The notes beneath the pieces are model-generated. The model worked only from the letters and a program-made list of their open reading frames with translations. It was not told the origin of the DNA and ran no database searches. 64,000 bases of DNA, taken from assembly GCA_963755915.1 (NCBI GenBank), contig CAVWLP010000002.1, positions 2,656,001 to 2,720,000 on the forward strand. Direction: 5' to 3'. The stretch is from an uncultured Phycisphaerales bacterium. Lineage in GTDB: Bacteria; Planctomycetota; Phycisphaerae; Tepidisphaerales; Tepidisphaeraceae. The position numbers and the translations under genes were made by a program. Within the stretch, counting starts at the first letter, position 1, and each line of letters opens with the position of its first letter. Below, piece after piece: positions 42,607 through 53,142 of the stretch.

Positions 42607-45193
42607 TTACTTCGCAGCCGCCATGAGCCGCTGGAGGGTTGGCTTGACCTGGTCTGCGGTGAGATTCATCGCGGCGATTTTGCCGGTGGGGTCGATGATG
42701 AAAATCGGGGCTTGGTTCTGATCGTTGATCGTGCTCCAGTTAAACGTCCCCTCGTCGATGAGGGACAAATAGCCGCTCGTCCAGCCCGGCGTGGAAATCA
42801 CCGGGGGCCGCCGCGGCGGAGCGTGGTAATCCAGCGACAGCAGCAGATCGAGATTGTCGCCGATCAACGCGACGCGGCGATCGCTCGCTAAACTGGGATC
42901 GAGATGAGCAAGGTTGGCGGACGTTTCGTCGAGACTGCCCCAAATCGTTTCCCAGAGCATCCAGACCACCCATCGGCCGGTGTAATCGCTGAGGCGGATG
43001 GGCGATCCATCGAGAGTCCGGCCAAGCTGCGGCGGCGCGGGATCGCCCACCTTGAGCGTCGGCGCGATTCCGGTTTTCAGCGGCGGGATCGCGAACGTCG
43101 TCTGCGCCGGCACGTCGAATTCCGCGGTCGCGAAGGCGTGCGGCTCGGCGTAGGAATAGACCGCCAATTCGTAATGTCCAGGTGAAACGCCGGGGATGCT
43201 GAAATCTCCTTTCGCTCCAAGGTTGACGCTGCACCCAAATATTCCGTTGCACGCCTGGGCGGCGGGCAGCCAGTCGGCGGGCCAGCTTGCCGCGGCGCCA
43301 CTGGGCATCCTCATCATGACGACACTCAATTCGAGAGGCGTGCTTGTCGGGGGGAATAATATCTGACCAGTGACTTTTGTCCCTTTGCTCAGGTCCAGGA
43401 CCGCAGTTTGGCCCGCGGCAACCTGGGCGATGAAATCCCACGCAGGGTATTTCGAATCGGGGGCCGTGTATTGCATGGACGCGAGCCCCTCGGGGTAGGT
43501 CGCTGGAATGCGGTCGAAAATCACGTCGCCGTCGCCTGAAGGGGGGGCTGAGTAATACCAGTTCGCATAGTTGTAGCGCGCGGTGGCATCGGCCGCCGGG
43601 CGCAGTCGCAAATCGGCGCTGTTCTGCGAGCCGATTCCCACCGGCGAACCGTGTACCCGCAAATGCGCCCAGGGCAGAAAGTTCAATTGCAGCGGTTGCG
43701 TGATTGGCCCGTTCAATTGCACCTCCACCGCGCCGGAATCATTCGCCGCACAAATCTCAAATGGGCCGGCCTCCGGACTGAATTTAAATTCCCCTTTTGC
43801 GTCCGTGGTCTGGGGATCGACTCGGTTGAACTGCCCGTTAAAAATATTGATCGCCGATCCCGGAATGATCACGGCGATGGGCACTTTCGAAACCGGATTT
43901 CCGCCGCTATCCACAAGCGTGCCCGTCAGATCGGGCGAGGGGTGAAGAGCGGCGTCGAACCTTACCGCGCCTTTCCCGTGAACTGCTTCGCTGATTGCGG
44001 GAAGATACCCATCCGCTTCAATTCGAACATACCATCCCAGCACCTCTCCGCCGAAGCCTCCGGCTTGCTGCCTGTAGTGGCCATTCTCAAACGCCACCGT
44101 GTTTTCGGCGAAGATCGGCCGCCCCCAGCCCGGCCACAGCGCCCCGCAGCGAACCTGGAATTTCGGAATCAGTTTCCCGGTGACGGCATCGGTCACGTCC
44201 CCGCTGAACTCGGGCAGCGGAAGAATCGTCACCGTCTGGTTTTCCACACCCGCCGTCAAATCCTGCTGCGGGTTCTCGAAACCGTCCTTGTCAAATTCGA
44301 ACGTCACCGGATCGGAAGGGGCGTCGGGCATCTCAAAATAGCCGTCGGCGTTCGTGGATCCGTGCCACTGATACATCTGCGTGGAGTGCCAAACCCACAC
44401 GCGCGCTTGCACCCGCGCCACCGGCTTACCGTCCCCGTCCACAACCCGCGCGCAAAGTCTGCCCAGGCGAGAGGCGAATTTTCAGCGGTGTTGAAGCCGT
44501 CTGCCGGCTGATTTTCTGGGTCTGGGGGGCCAAATGATGAGCCGTCACCAGCACCTGAGAGGCCAGGTCGGTCAGGTGGCGCAGGACGAAATGACCCTGG
44601 GCATCGGAAGTGGCGGTGGGGTCGGCGGAATCGCCTTCCCATCGCTTGGTCGAGACTTTCGCACCATCCACGGGCTGGCCGCTAAGGTCAACGACATCTC
44701 CCTCGATCGCGTACCCACTGGCCAGCATGAAGACTGCCGAATGATGAATCAGATCATCCATCCGCGGCTCCGACACCTCCAGCGGAATAAAATCCCGGCT
44801 GGTAAAACTGAGCTCCAGGCGCGATGCGCCCTGCGAAGGCAAGCCGCCATAGCTCCAAAATCCAGCGGCATTCGTGACGGCCCTGCCGCTTTTGCGCACG
44901 ATCCGCGATGCACCGGGCGACGCGGAGTTCGATTGCTGGAGCCACGAGATTGCCACGCGGACATTCGCGATGGGCTCCCCGCGTTCGTTGCGGACAACTC
45001 CGCCGATTCCGCTTTCCGACGGGGCCGTGGCGGGACCCGCCGGCGGCGCCGATGTCACGGGCGGCGAAGGGGGCGGCTGGGAATTGTCCCCTCCGAAAAA
45101 CATCCAGACCCCAACCCCCGCGAGCATTGCCATTACGACAACGATCACGATCAGCGGCACAACCCATCGCTTAGCGCCCGATGCATGCGGCAT
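42607..45193 (-). CDS. Membrane-anchored protein with carboxypeptidase-regulatory-like repeats and a degenerate redoxin domain (frameshift near 44440)
   Basis: Repeated G.V.D..G.PV..A.V..TDA.G.F; C-terminal VGDPAP..LDGSPIRLSDYTGRWV..FIIDPTGKIA. Confidence 0.75.
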
Positions 45194-45296
45194 TTTGGCT
45201 CAATCATAACGGACGGACTCGCTGGAGAAATGTTGCGGGATTCTCCACGTCAAATGTGCAGAGCTTCCGCTTTGGTTATATTGGATTGCTCGACCC

Positions 45297-47308
45297 ATGA
45301 GCTCAGTTCTGGAATATCAGACCGATTCTCCTCCCGCGACCGGCGACTCGAGCCGGTGGAAGCTTTATGGGTTGCGGGTCTTGATTTGGGTCTTGATCCT
45401 GGCGGCTCTTTCGGTCTGCGCCGTGGAAGGCTGGAAACTTCGGCGATGGGTGTTCGACGCGTTCGACCCGGTGCGGTTCATTGGGGACATGCAGCGGGGC
45501 ACGTACTGGGGCCTGGTGGCGAGCGGGCCGGAGGGTTATCTCAATCAGTTCGACAAGATGGACCCCCAGGTGCCCGAATGGCAGGACGACCGGTGGGTGC
45601 CGTGGCTTGATTACAATCCGCTGCGGCTTGGGGTGATGTACGAGTGGGGGCGATGGCAGTGGAAGAATGCGCCGCCGGATTCGGGGGTGGCGAGTCTGGA
45701 CGCCTGGCAGCACCCCTACGCGTTTAACTGGCCGGTTCTGACTTTCAATGCGGTGCTGGAGAGCGTTTCGGCGATTTTCGCGTTCCTGCTGACGCATCAT
45801 TGGGTGAGGCGGGGGACGACGGTGGGGCAGCGCAAACATTTTACGGGTGTGTGGCAGGGGGCCGCGGCGGGGCTGTTTATCTGGTTCAGCCCGGACATCA
45901 TCGTCAACGCGCACGGGTGGGTGCAGTGGGACACGTGGGTGGTGCCGTGGTATCTGGGGGCCTGTTTTCTGGCGAGCATCGACTGGTGGTTTTTGGCGGG
46001 GGTGATGATTGCCATCGGAATTAATTTCAAGGGGCAGATGTTTCCTATTTCGCCGATCTTTATCATCTGGCCGCTGGTGCAGGGGCGGGTTGGGGCGGCA
46101 GCGCGATGGGTTTGTGGGGCGGCATTCTGTTATTCGCTGATCGTTTCCGGGTGGATGCTGAGCTATATCCCGCCCGATCTTCTGGCGAAAGCGCGGGCGG
46201 TGCAGGACACGATGGCGGTTTCGGATTATTCGCCGACTCTTTTTGCGATTCCGCGAACATTTGATGTGCCGGCGGCGGTTTGGATATTCGAGATGCTCCT
46301 GGTGGTTTTGACGGTGCCGTGGCTTTTGCGGGTGCTGATGCCGCAGGGGTCGGAAGCGGATTCGTCCAAGCCAGGGTGGAAGCGCGTGGCGAAATCGCCG
46401 GGGCTTTGGATTGCGGCAGCGGCGGTGATCATCAGCGCGACAGTTTTCTGGCCGTGGCTGATTCCGCAAAACCGGGGAAGCTGGTATTTCGGCCCGGTTG
46501 CGGCGCGGGGGTGGCGGCGGCGGCGCTGAGCCTTCCGCGCCGGGCAACGCCCTATTTTCTGGCGGCGATTGCGGCCGGGGGATTGTTCGGGTGCATGGGG
46601 CTATTTCACGGCGGAACGGGGTGGTGGGATTGCGGCGTCCGCTACGGCAGCATTCATTGGCCATATCTCACCACCGGCCCGACCAGCAACATCCCCGGCC
46701 TTTTTCAGTACCGGTTCAATTGGCCGCGCGAGGTTGATGAAATCGCCTTTACGCTGCCGGCGGTGGGACAACATTGGTCCTCTTTTTTTGTCAGCCGAGG
46801 CTGGTGGCCGGCGTTTGGATTGGATGTCACCGAGAAAATGCTCTTCAACTCGATCTTCATCGTCACGCTGATCGCCAGCGGGATCGGCCTAGGGATTCAG
46901 ACCCGGCGGAACGATCGTCGGGCGCTGATTGCCTTCGTCACGCCGTGGATCATGATGTTTCTCTGGGCCGTGCAGATGCAGGAGCGATATCTGCTTTACG
47001 GTGCGGCCGCTGCGGCGTGCTGCATTGGGGAAAGCTTTGGCATGGCGCTGCTCGGTTTCATGCTGACCGGCTTCAGCCTCATGATGACGAGTGTCGATCT
47101 GGTGGATGCCGGATGGTCCAACCCTGACCTGCTGGGCCAGAACCTTTCGAATGCGGTGCCGTGGCTTTTGTCGCCGGACTGCGCAAACGTGGCGGCAATT
47201 CGTCGACAATTCCCACCCCGACGCCGCTTGGGCAATCCTCGTGGTCGGCCTGGTCTTCCTTTACCTTTCGCTGACGCCGTCGCGGCGGTGGCGGGCACGA
47301 AATATTAA
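45297..47308 (+). CDS. Polytopic membrane protein, GT-C-like (frameshift near 46500)
   Basis: DYNPL, WVQWD, KGQ, QMQERYL motifs; many TM segments. Confidence 0.6.
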
Positions 47309-48361
47309 GCTTTCGGCTGCTGCTGACTGAGACAGTGGATGGCGCCGAGGCCCCAGATCAACTCGACGCAATCGATTCCGATGACTTTTCGATCGGGCAG
47401 GTGTTGCTGGAGAATATCTATTGCCCGCCGATCGTTTTTCCGGTCGCGAAAGGTGGGCACCAGGAGGGCGCCGTTGACGAAATAGAAGTTGACGTAGGTC
47501 GCGGGGAGCCGCTGATTGTCATAAACGATCGGGTGGGGCATCGGGATTTCTACGATCTCAAACAGTTTTCCCGATTGATCCGTTAGACTTTCGAGTTGCT
47601 TGCGGGCGTCGCGTAGGACCGCAAAATTCTCGTCCTTGCGATCCTCTTCGATGGCGATGACGATTTTGCGCGGGGTGATGAAGCGCCAGGTCGTCGACGT
47701 GCCCATCGGTGTCGTCGCCGGCGATTCCGCCAGTTAGCCAGCAGACTTTTTTCTGGCCGTAATAATCTTTCAGATACTTCTCGATCTGCGATTTGCTGAG
47801 CTTTGGGTTGCGATTTTTATTCAGCAGGCAATCGGTGGTTGTCAGCACGGTGCCGGCGCCGTTGAAATCGACCGCACCTCCCTCCATGACGATGTTGGGA
47901 TAGAAGACGGGGAGCCGAAGCTGCTCGGCAATTCGCGTGGGCACGGCGTCGTCGTCATCGTAAGGGGGATACTTTCCGCCCCAGGCGTTGAATTTCCAAT
48001 CGACGATCGCCAGCGACCGGCCTTTTTTCACGAAAGCCGGTCCATGATCGCGGCACCAGCTTTCGTTGGTTTTGATGTGGTAGAAGTGAATGTTGCGAAG
48101 GGGGCAGCCGTGGGATTTGAGCTGCTCCTGGACGATCCGCTGGTAGTTGCCGTTGGGGACATTGATGCAGACTTTTTCCCGCGGCGCGATTTCGGCGAAA
48201 ATCCTGGCCAGGTTTTCCGGGACGGTGTGATATTTGTCGGGGAAGGAGATTCCCTCGGGGCGCGGCCAGCTAAACCAGGTCGCCTCGTGGGTGGCCCATT
48301 CCGGCGGAAAGACATATCCCAGCGCCGCTGGGGATTGCTTCAAAATCTTGAGGTTACCCAT
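47305..48361 (-). CDS. aguA: Agmatine deiminase (frameshift near 47690)
   Basis: PPEW, WCRDHGP, FNAWGGKY, EGGA, DTDGHVD, GAIHCLSQQQP. Confidence 0.93.
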
Positions 48362-48364
48362 AAT

Positions 48365-49603
48365 CTAAGATGCTTTTCGCCGTCGCCGACTCTTGGATTT
48401 AGTCGACAGCCGTTCGATTCGCGTTATGTAGTTCAGCGGAAACGTGTCATAACTTTTCGCGACTGATTTTCCTGGCGTCTTCCCGATAAACACCAGGAGA
48501 CGATCGCCCAAAAACCGCGTCTCATCGGGATAATGTATGTCGAACTTCTTTCCATTTCGAACGTGAATACGCAATGGAGCGAACGGCAGTCGATTTAATT
48601 CCGCGGTAAGTTCTTCCTTTATTGAGCTTCCAAATGTTTGGCGTTTTGAGGTGCTGTCGCTTGACAATTCAGATGGGCCCTCTACAAACCGCTTCGTCAT
48701 ATCCCCATACGCATCAATTCTCCGATCGCGCAGGAACGGCCAGTGCGTGCGGCTGAACTCCACCTTCTCCAGATCGCAATCCGCGATGAGAACCGCTTCT
48801 TTGTCGACGGGTGCCTTGGCGATCACCTGGCCATTGGGCGCGGCCACGAACGATTGGCCCCAGAATTCGATGCCATCCTCGCTGACGGGTTTGCCGGATG
48901 CATCGAGGATTTTTTCGACGCCGATGCGGTTGGGCGAGCAGACGAAACATCCGTTGGCCACGGCATGGCTGCGCTGGATCAGCTCCCAGCTTTCGTGCTG
49001 GGCTTTGCCGTATTCCTTCTTTTCGCCCGGATGCCAGCCGATGGCGGTGGGGTAGAACAGAATCTGTGCGCCCTGGAGTGCGGTGAGGCGGGCGCCTTCG
49101 GGGAACCACTGGTCCCAGCAGATCAAAACGCCGATGCGGGCGTGTTTGGTCTGGAAGGAGCGGAATCCGGTATCGCCCGGCGTGAAATAGAATTTCTCGT
49201 AATAAAGCGGGTCGTCGGGGATGTGCATCTTGCGGTAGATGCCGAGGATCGATCCGTCGGTGTCGATGACCGCGGCGGTGTTGTGGTAGACGCCGGCGGC
49301 GCGGCGCTCGAAGAGGGAGGCGATGATGACGATCCGGTGTTTTCGCGCCAGTTTCCCCAGGGCGTCGGTGCTGGGGCCGGGGATTGTTTCCGCGAGCTTG
49401 AAAAAGCGGTGGTCTTCGAGCTGGCAGAAGTATTGGGAGCGGAAAAGCTCCTGCGTGCAGACGATTTGTGTGCCCTCTGAAGCCGCGCGGGTTACCAGGC
49501 GAAGCTGGTTCGACAGGTTTTTCTTTGAATCGGTGCTGCACGCCATCTGCGTCAGGGCGACTTTTACGATCGAATTGCTGATTTTCTGTCCGTTTCGTTT
49601 CAT
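48365..49603 (-). CDS. aguB: N-carbamoylputrescine amidase (carbon-nitrogen hydrolase) with ~100-aa C-terminal extension
   Basis: QELF, YRKMHIPDDP.YYEKFYF, LICWDQWFPE, FLRDRR; adjacent to aguA. Confidence 0.88.
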   Translation of the reverse strand: MKRNGQKISNSIVKVALTQMACSTDSKKNLSNQLRLVTRAASEGTQIVCTQELFRSQYFCQLEDHRFFKLAETIPGPSTDALGKLARKHRIVIIASLFERRAAGVYHNTAAVIDTDGSILGIYRKMHIPDDPLYYEKFYFTPGDTGFRSFQTKHARIGVLICWDQWFPEGARLTALQGAQILFYPTAIGWHPGEKKEYGKAQHESWELIQRSHAVANGCFVCSPNRIGVEKILDASGKPVSEDGIEFWGQSFVAAPNGQVIAKAPVDKEAVLIADCDLEKVEFSRTHWPFLRDRRIDAYGDMTKRFVEGPSELSSDSTSKRQTFGSSIKEELTAELNRLPFAPLRIHVRNGKKFDIHYPDETRFLGDRLLVFIGKTPGKSVAKSYDTFPLNYITRIERLSTKSKSRRRRKAS

Positions 49604-49737
49604 TGTGGTCGCATTCTCGCCATTGTGTAGGCAATTGAAAATAGGCGCAGGAAACGCGCGTTGCCCGTTGGCCTTCGCTGAAATAGTATTCACCCTGTCA
49701 GGATAGATCGAATCGCCATAATGACAGGAGCAAGGCA

Positions 49738-50889
49738 ATGATGTTTCCAACGGCGCGGCGGCTGGTGGCGGTGATCGTCGTTCTGGTGTGCGGATTTGGC
49801 GTTGCAGCCGTCAGGGCCGATCCGATCGAAGAGAGATTGTTTGGCCAGACGGAAGAAGGATGGCCGGTCGAGCAGTATATCCTCACCAATAAAAACGGCG
49901 CGTCCGTGCGGGTCATCAACTATGGGGCGATCGTCACCAACCTCTTTGTGCCCGGACGCAACGGAAACATGGACGACGTGGTGCTGGGTTTTGACGACGT
50001 CAAGCAATACCAGGAAAGCGGGCCGGCGCTGGGGTGCATCCCCGGGCGTTATGCCAATCGCATCGCCAACGGCACGTTCACGATCGACGGCAATACTTAT
50101 TTTGTCACGCTCAATTCGGGAATGAACACCCTGCACGGCGGCTTCAAGGGCCTGGCGAAGCGAATGTGGGATGCCGATACCGGCGTGGCCGCCGATGGGC
50201 CGACAGTGCGGCTGAAAATCGTCGATCCTGACGGCGAAGAGGGATTTCCCGGCACCTTGACCGTGACGGTGCTTTATACGCTGACCAACGACAATACGTT
50301 GAAGGTGCAGTATTACGCGACGACGACCAAACCCACGCCGATTAACCTCACGCATCACAGCTATTTCAATTTGCACGGGAACGGGCGCGGGGATGTCCTG
50401 GGATATGTGGCGAAAATTTTCGCGTCGCATTACCTGCCGGTGACGGATGACGAGATCCCGACCGGGCAGATTGCTCCGGTGGCGGGGACGCCGTTTGATT
50501 TCACCAAGGCGAAGCCGATTGGGGCGGACGTTAAATCGCTGCCGCCGCCCTTCACGGGCTATGACCACACGATGGTTCTGGACAACCCGGACGGGAAGCT
50601 GAAGGAGGCGGCGGAAGTTTATGATCCGGATTCGGGCCGGTTGCTGGATTGCTGGACGACGGAGCCGGCGGTGCATTTCTTTATCGGCAACAATCTTGGC
50701 GGCCTGGTGGGGAAGGATGGGGCCACTTACTTCCCGCACGAGGCGTTCTGCCTGGAGTGCCAGCATTATCCGGATTCGCCCAATGAGCCCAGTTTTCCCA
50801 ATACGATTTTGCGGCCGGGGCATGTTTATCGGCAAGTGACCGAGTTCCGGTTCACGGTGCCGACGAACCCGCTGAAGGTGGGGCAGTGA
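49738..50889 (+). CDS. galM: Aldose 1-epimerase with signal peptide
   Basis: GRYANRI, LHGG, NLTHHSYFNL, GYDH, CLECQHYPDSPN. Confidence 0.93.
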   Translation: MMFPTARRLVAVIVVLVCGFGVAAVRADPIEERLFGQTEEGWPVEQYILTNKNGASVRVINYGAIVTNLFVPGRNGNMDDVVLGFDDVKQYQESGPALGCIPGRYANRIANGTFTIDGNTYFVTLNSGMNTLHGGFKGLAKRMWDADTGVAADGPTVRLKIVDPDGEEGFPGTLTVTVLYTLTNDNTLKVQYYATTTKPTPINLTHHSYFNLHGNGRGDVLGYVAKIFASHYLPVTDDEIPTGQIAPVAGTPFDFTKAKPIGADVKSLPPPFTGYDHTMVLDNPDGKLKEAAEVYDPDSGRLLDCWTTEPAVHFFIGNNLGGLVGKDGATYFPHEAFCLECQHYPDSPNEPSFPNTILRPGHVYRQVTEFRFTVPTNPLKVGQ

Positions 50890-50890
50890 T

Positions 50891-51754
50891 ATGAACGGGT
50901 TGTTGAATCGGCTGGTGCTCGTGCTGGTGATCCTTGGCGCGGCGACCTTCGGCCTCGCGCAGACGGCGCCTTCTTATCCGCAGATCGGCGCGGGGAAGGT
51001 GGTCGGGCTCGATTATTACTTTAACCACCAGGTCAAGAACGGGGAGCAGTTTCACTATATCTGGGATGATACGAAGCTGTCGGGGTACTCGAAGTTTGGG
51101 GATGTGTGGAAGCAGTATGGGGCGACGCTGGCATCGCTGAAGACGGAGCCGACCAGGAAGGATTTGGCGCAGTATTCAATTTTTATCATCGTCAATCCGA
51201 GCACGGTGAAGAACGCGGCGGATCATCAGCCGAATTTTATGACGCAGGGGGATGCGGATGTGATTGCGCAGTGGGTGAACGATGGGGGTGTGCTTTGTCT
51301 ATTTGCCAATGATGTGAACAACTGCGAGTTCGAGCATTTCAATTTGCTGCCGGAGAAGTTTGGGATCAAGTTTAACGCGGATTTGCGGAACACGGTGCCG
51401 ACGCATATGGACATGGCTCGGGGGACGTTCGCGGATTTGCCGGATGTGCCGCTGTTTAAGGGGGTGCGGGGGATGTATGTGAAGGAGATTTCGACGATCA
51501 CGGTGAGCGATCCGGCGCAGCCGCTGCTGGTTGCGTCGAAGCAGGATGGGGCGAGCGGAACGGATGTCATTATTGCGACGGCGCATTATGGGAAGGGGTT
51601 TGTGTTCGCGGTCGGGGATCCGTGGTTTTACAACGAATATATTGATGCGAAGGCGCCGGCGGCGCTGAATCTGCCGCTGGATAATCGATTGGCGGCGAAT
51701 AATTTCTGCCAGTGGATTTTGGGGATGGCGGGGATGCCGATGGGGAGTCCGTAA
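50891..51754 (+). CDS. Secreted GATase-like (DUF4350-type) protein
   Basis: Signal peptide; LDYYFN..FHYIW, WVNDGGVL..ND, YGKGFVFAVGDPWFYNEY. Confidence 0.65.
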   Translation: MNGLLNRLVLVLVILGAATFGLAQTAPSYPQIGAGKVVGLDYYFNHQVKNGEQFHYIWDDTKLSGYSKFGDVWKQYGATLASLKTEPTRKDLAQYSIFIIVNPSTVKNAADHQPNFMTQGDADVIAQWVNDGGVLCLFANDVNNCEFEHFNLLPEKFGIKFNADLRNTVPTHMDMARGTFADLPDVPLFKGVRGMYVKEISTITVSDPAQPLLVASKQDGASGTDVIIATAHYGKGFVFAVGDPWFYNEYIDAKAPAALNLPLDNRLAANNFCQWILGMAGMPMGSP

Positions 51755-51868
51755 GAAAAAATCTGAACCCTTTAATTCGGATTGTTCACCGCGTAGCGCT
51801 CACGGTCTTGCAGGCAGCCGGCTGGACTTCCGGCGCCACAAAACCTACGTTGATGGTGGAGGTTCGCC

Positions 51869-52378
51869 ATGGGCTCTGAATCGATAGCTCGAGTGTCGGC
51901 CGGGGCCCAGCAACCCCATCTTGTCCGCACCGGAGAAAGCCTGACCGGCGGGCCGATACGCTTTGTCGGCAAAGAAACTTTTGTGAAACTGGCGGCCGGA
52001 ACAGGTCCCGCTCCTATCAGTCTCCTCGAAGACGTGAGCCCGCCTCACCACGGCCCTCCGCTCCACAAGCACGACTTTGAGGAGTTTTTCTATATTTTGA
52101 GCGGAGAATACCTGTTTGAAGTTGACGGGAAACAATTCCAGGCCCGGCCCGGCGACTTTGCCCACGCGCCATCGAATGTTCCGCACGTCTTCCAGAATAT
52201 CACCGACCAGGAGGCAAAGATGCTGGTCGTGGCGCGGCCAGGCGGCATTGAGAACTACTTTGTCGAACTGGCCGAGCGTGCGATGGCCGATCCGGGCAAT
52301 GTTGCCGCGCTGAACGCAATCGCTCCCCGCTACGGCATCACCATCCTGGGTCCGCCCATGGCGGCACGCCCCAAGTGA
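51869..52378 (+). CDS. Cupin domain protein
   Basis: GPPLHKH.FEEFFYILSG, GD..P.NVPH.F. Confidence 0.85.
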   Translation: MGSESIARVSAGAQQPHLVRTGESLTGGPIRFVGKETFVKLAAGTGPAPISLLEDVSPPHHGPPLHKHDFEEFFYILSGEYLFEVDGKQFQARPGDFAHAPSNVPHVFQNITDQEAKMLVVARPGGIENYFVELAERAMADPGNVAALNAIAPRYGITILGPPMAARPK

Positions 52379-52443
52379 CGAATTTCCCGCAAGGGGTCGC
52401 AGTTTCGATGACACGATCTCCATCCGTACCAGCGCGCGGCGAG

Positions 52444-52968
52444 TCAGCTTGAGATAATGTTGTTTGCGGGCGGGATCGCGCCGCATTCGGGGCAGCGGTA
52501 GGGGGTGGCGCGGAGGTCGTAGCCGCAGGAGGGGCATGAGCCGGGGTTGGGGGCGAGGCGTTTGCGGAGGATGAGGGAGCTAAATGCGATGGCGGCGGTG
52601 AGGAAGCAAATGGCCCAGTTGGCGATTTGGATTCTATTGAAGGATGCGACGGGTCCCGGTTGTCGATAGGTGTCGAAGAGACGTGAGAAGAACCACTTGC
52701 GGTCTGCGGGGTAGGTGGTGAGGCGCCAGCCCCAGGGGCCGCGATTCTGTTTCAACATGGCCCATTGATGAATCCAGACTAGATACACACTGCCGTTGCC
52801 AATGCTCGCCTCAAAAGCGTTTCCGCTGGTTGCGGTTTGCTGGTTGTACCAGAGTCCGTGTGACTTGGACTGTACGCTGGTGATCGGCCACATGACGGCG
52901 ACGAGGGCGAAGAGGAGGATGGAAAGGATTCCTGCGACGTTGAGGATGCGTTGGCGAAAACGGTTCAC
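52444..52968 (-). CDS. Small membrane protein with C-terminal zinc ribbon
   Basis: Two TMs and CPSCGYDLRATPYRCPECG; start uncertain. Confidence 0.7.
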   Translation of the reverse strand: MNRFRQRILNVAGILSILLFALVAVMWPITSVQSKSHGLWYNQQTATSGNAFEASIGNGSVYLVWIHQWAMLKQNRGPWGWRLTTYPADRKWFFSRLFDTYRQPGPVASFNRIQIANWAICFLTAAIAFSSLILRKRLAPNPGSCPSCGYDLRATPYRCPECGAIPPANNIISS

Positions 52969-53142
52969 ATGGACATTGTATTGCGATTCGGTCGACCGGC
53001 TTGCCGCAAACACGGCCGCAAATGTTACATCCCCCATCCGTTTCGGACCATAAAACCCGCGCGCACCTCACAACCTCTTGGCCTCACGAAGCTTACAGTG
53101 AGAGCGATTAGTTAGTGTGTACTTACCATTTTTCTTAAAACG

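Noticed and set aside
52979-52992. Distal inverted repeat of the outer IS4 (TATTGCGATTCGGT)
   Set aside because: Only 11/14 match to the 55929 end and no clear target duplication; left unassigned.
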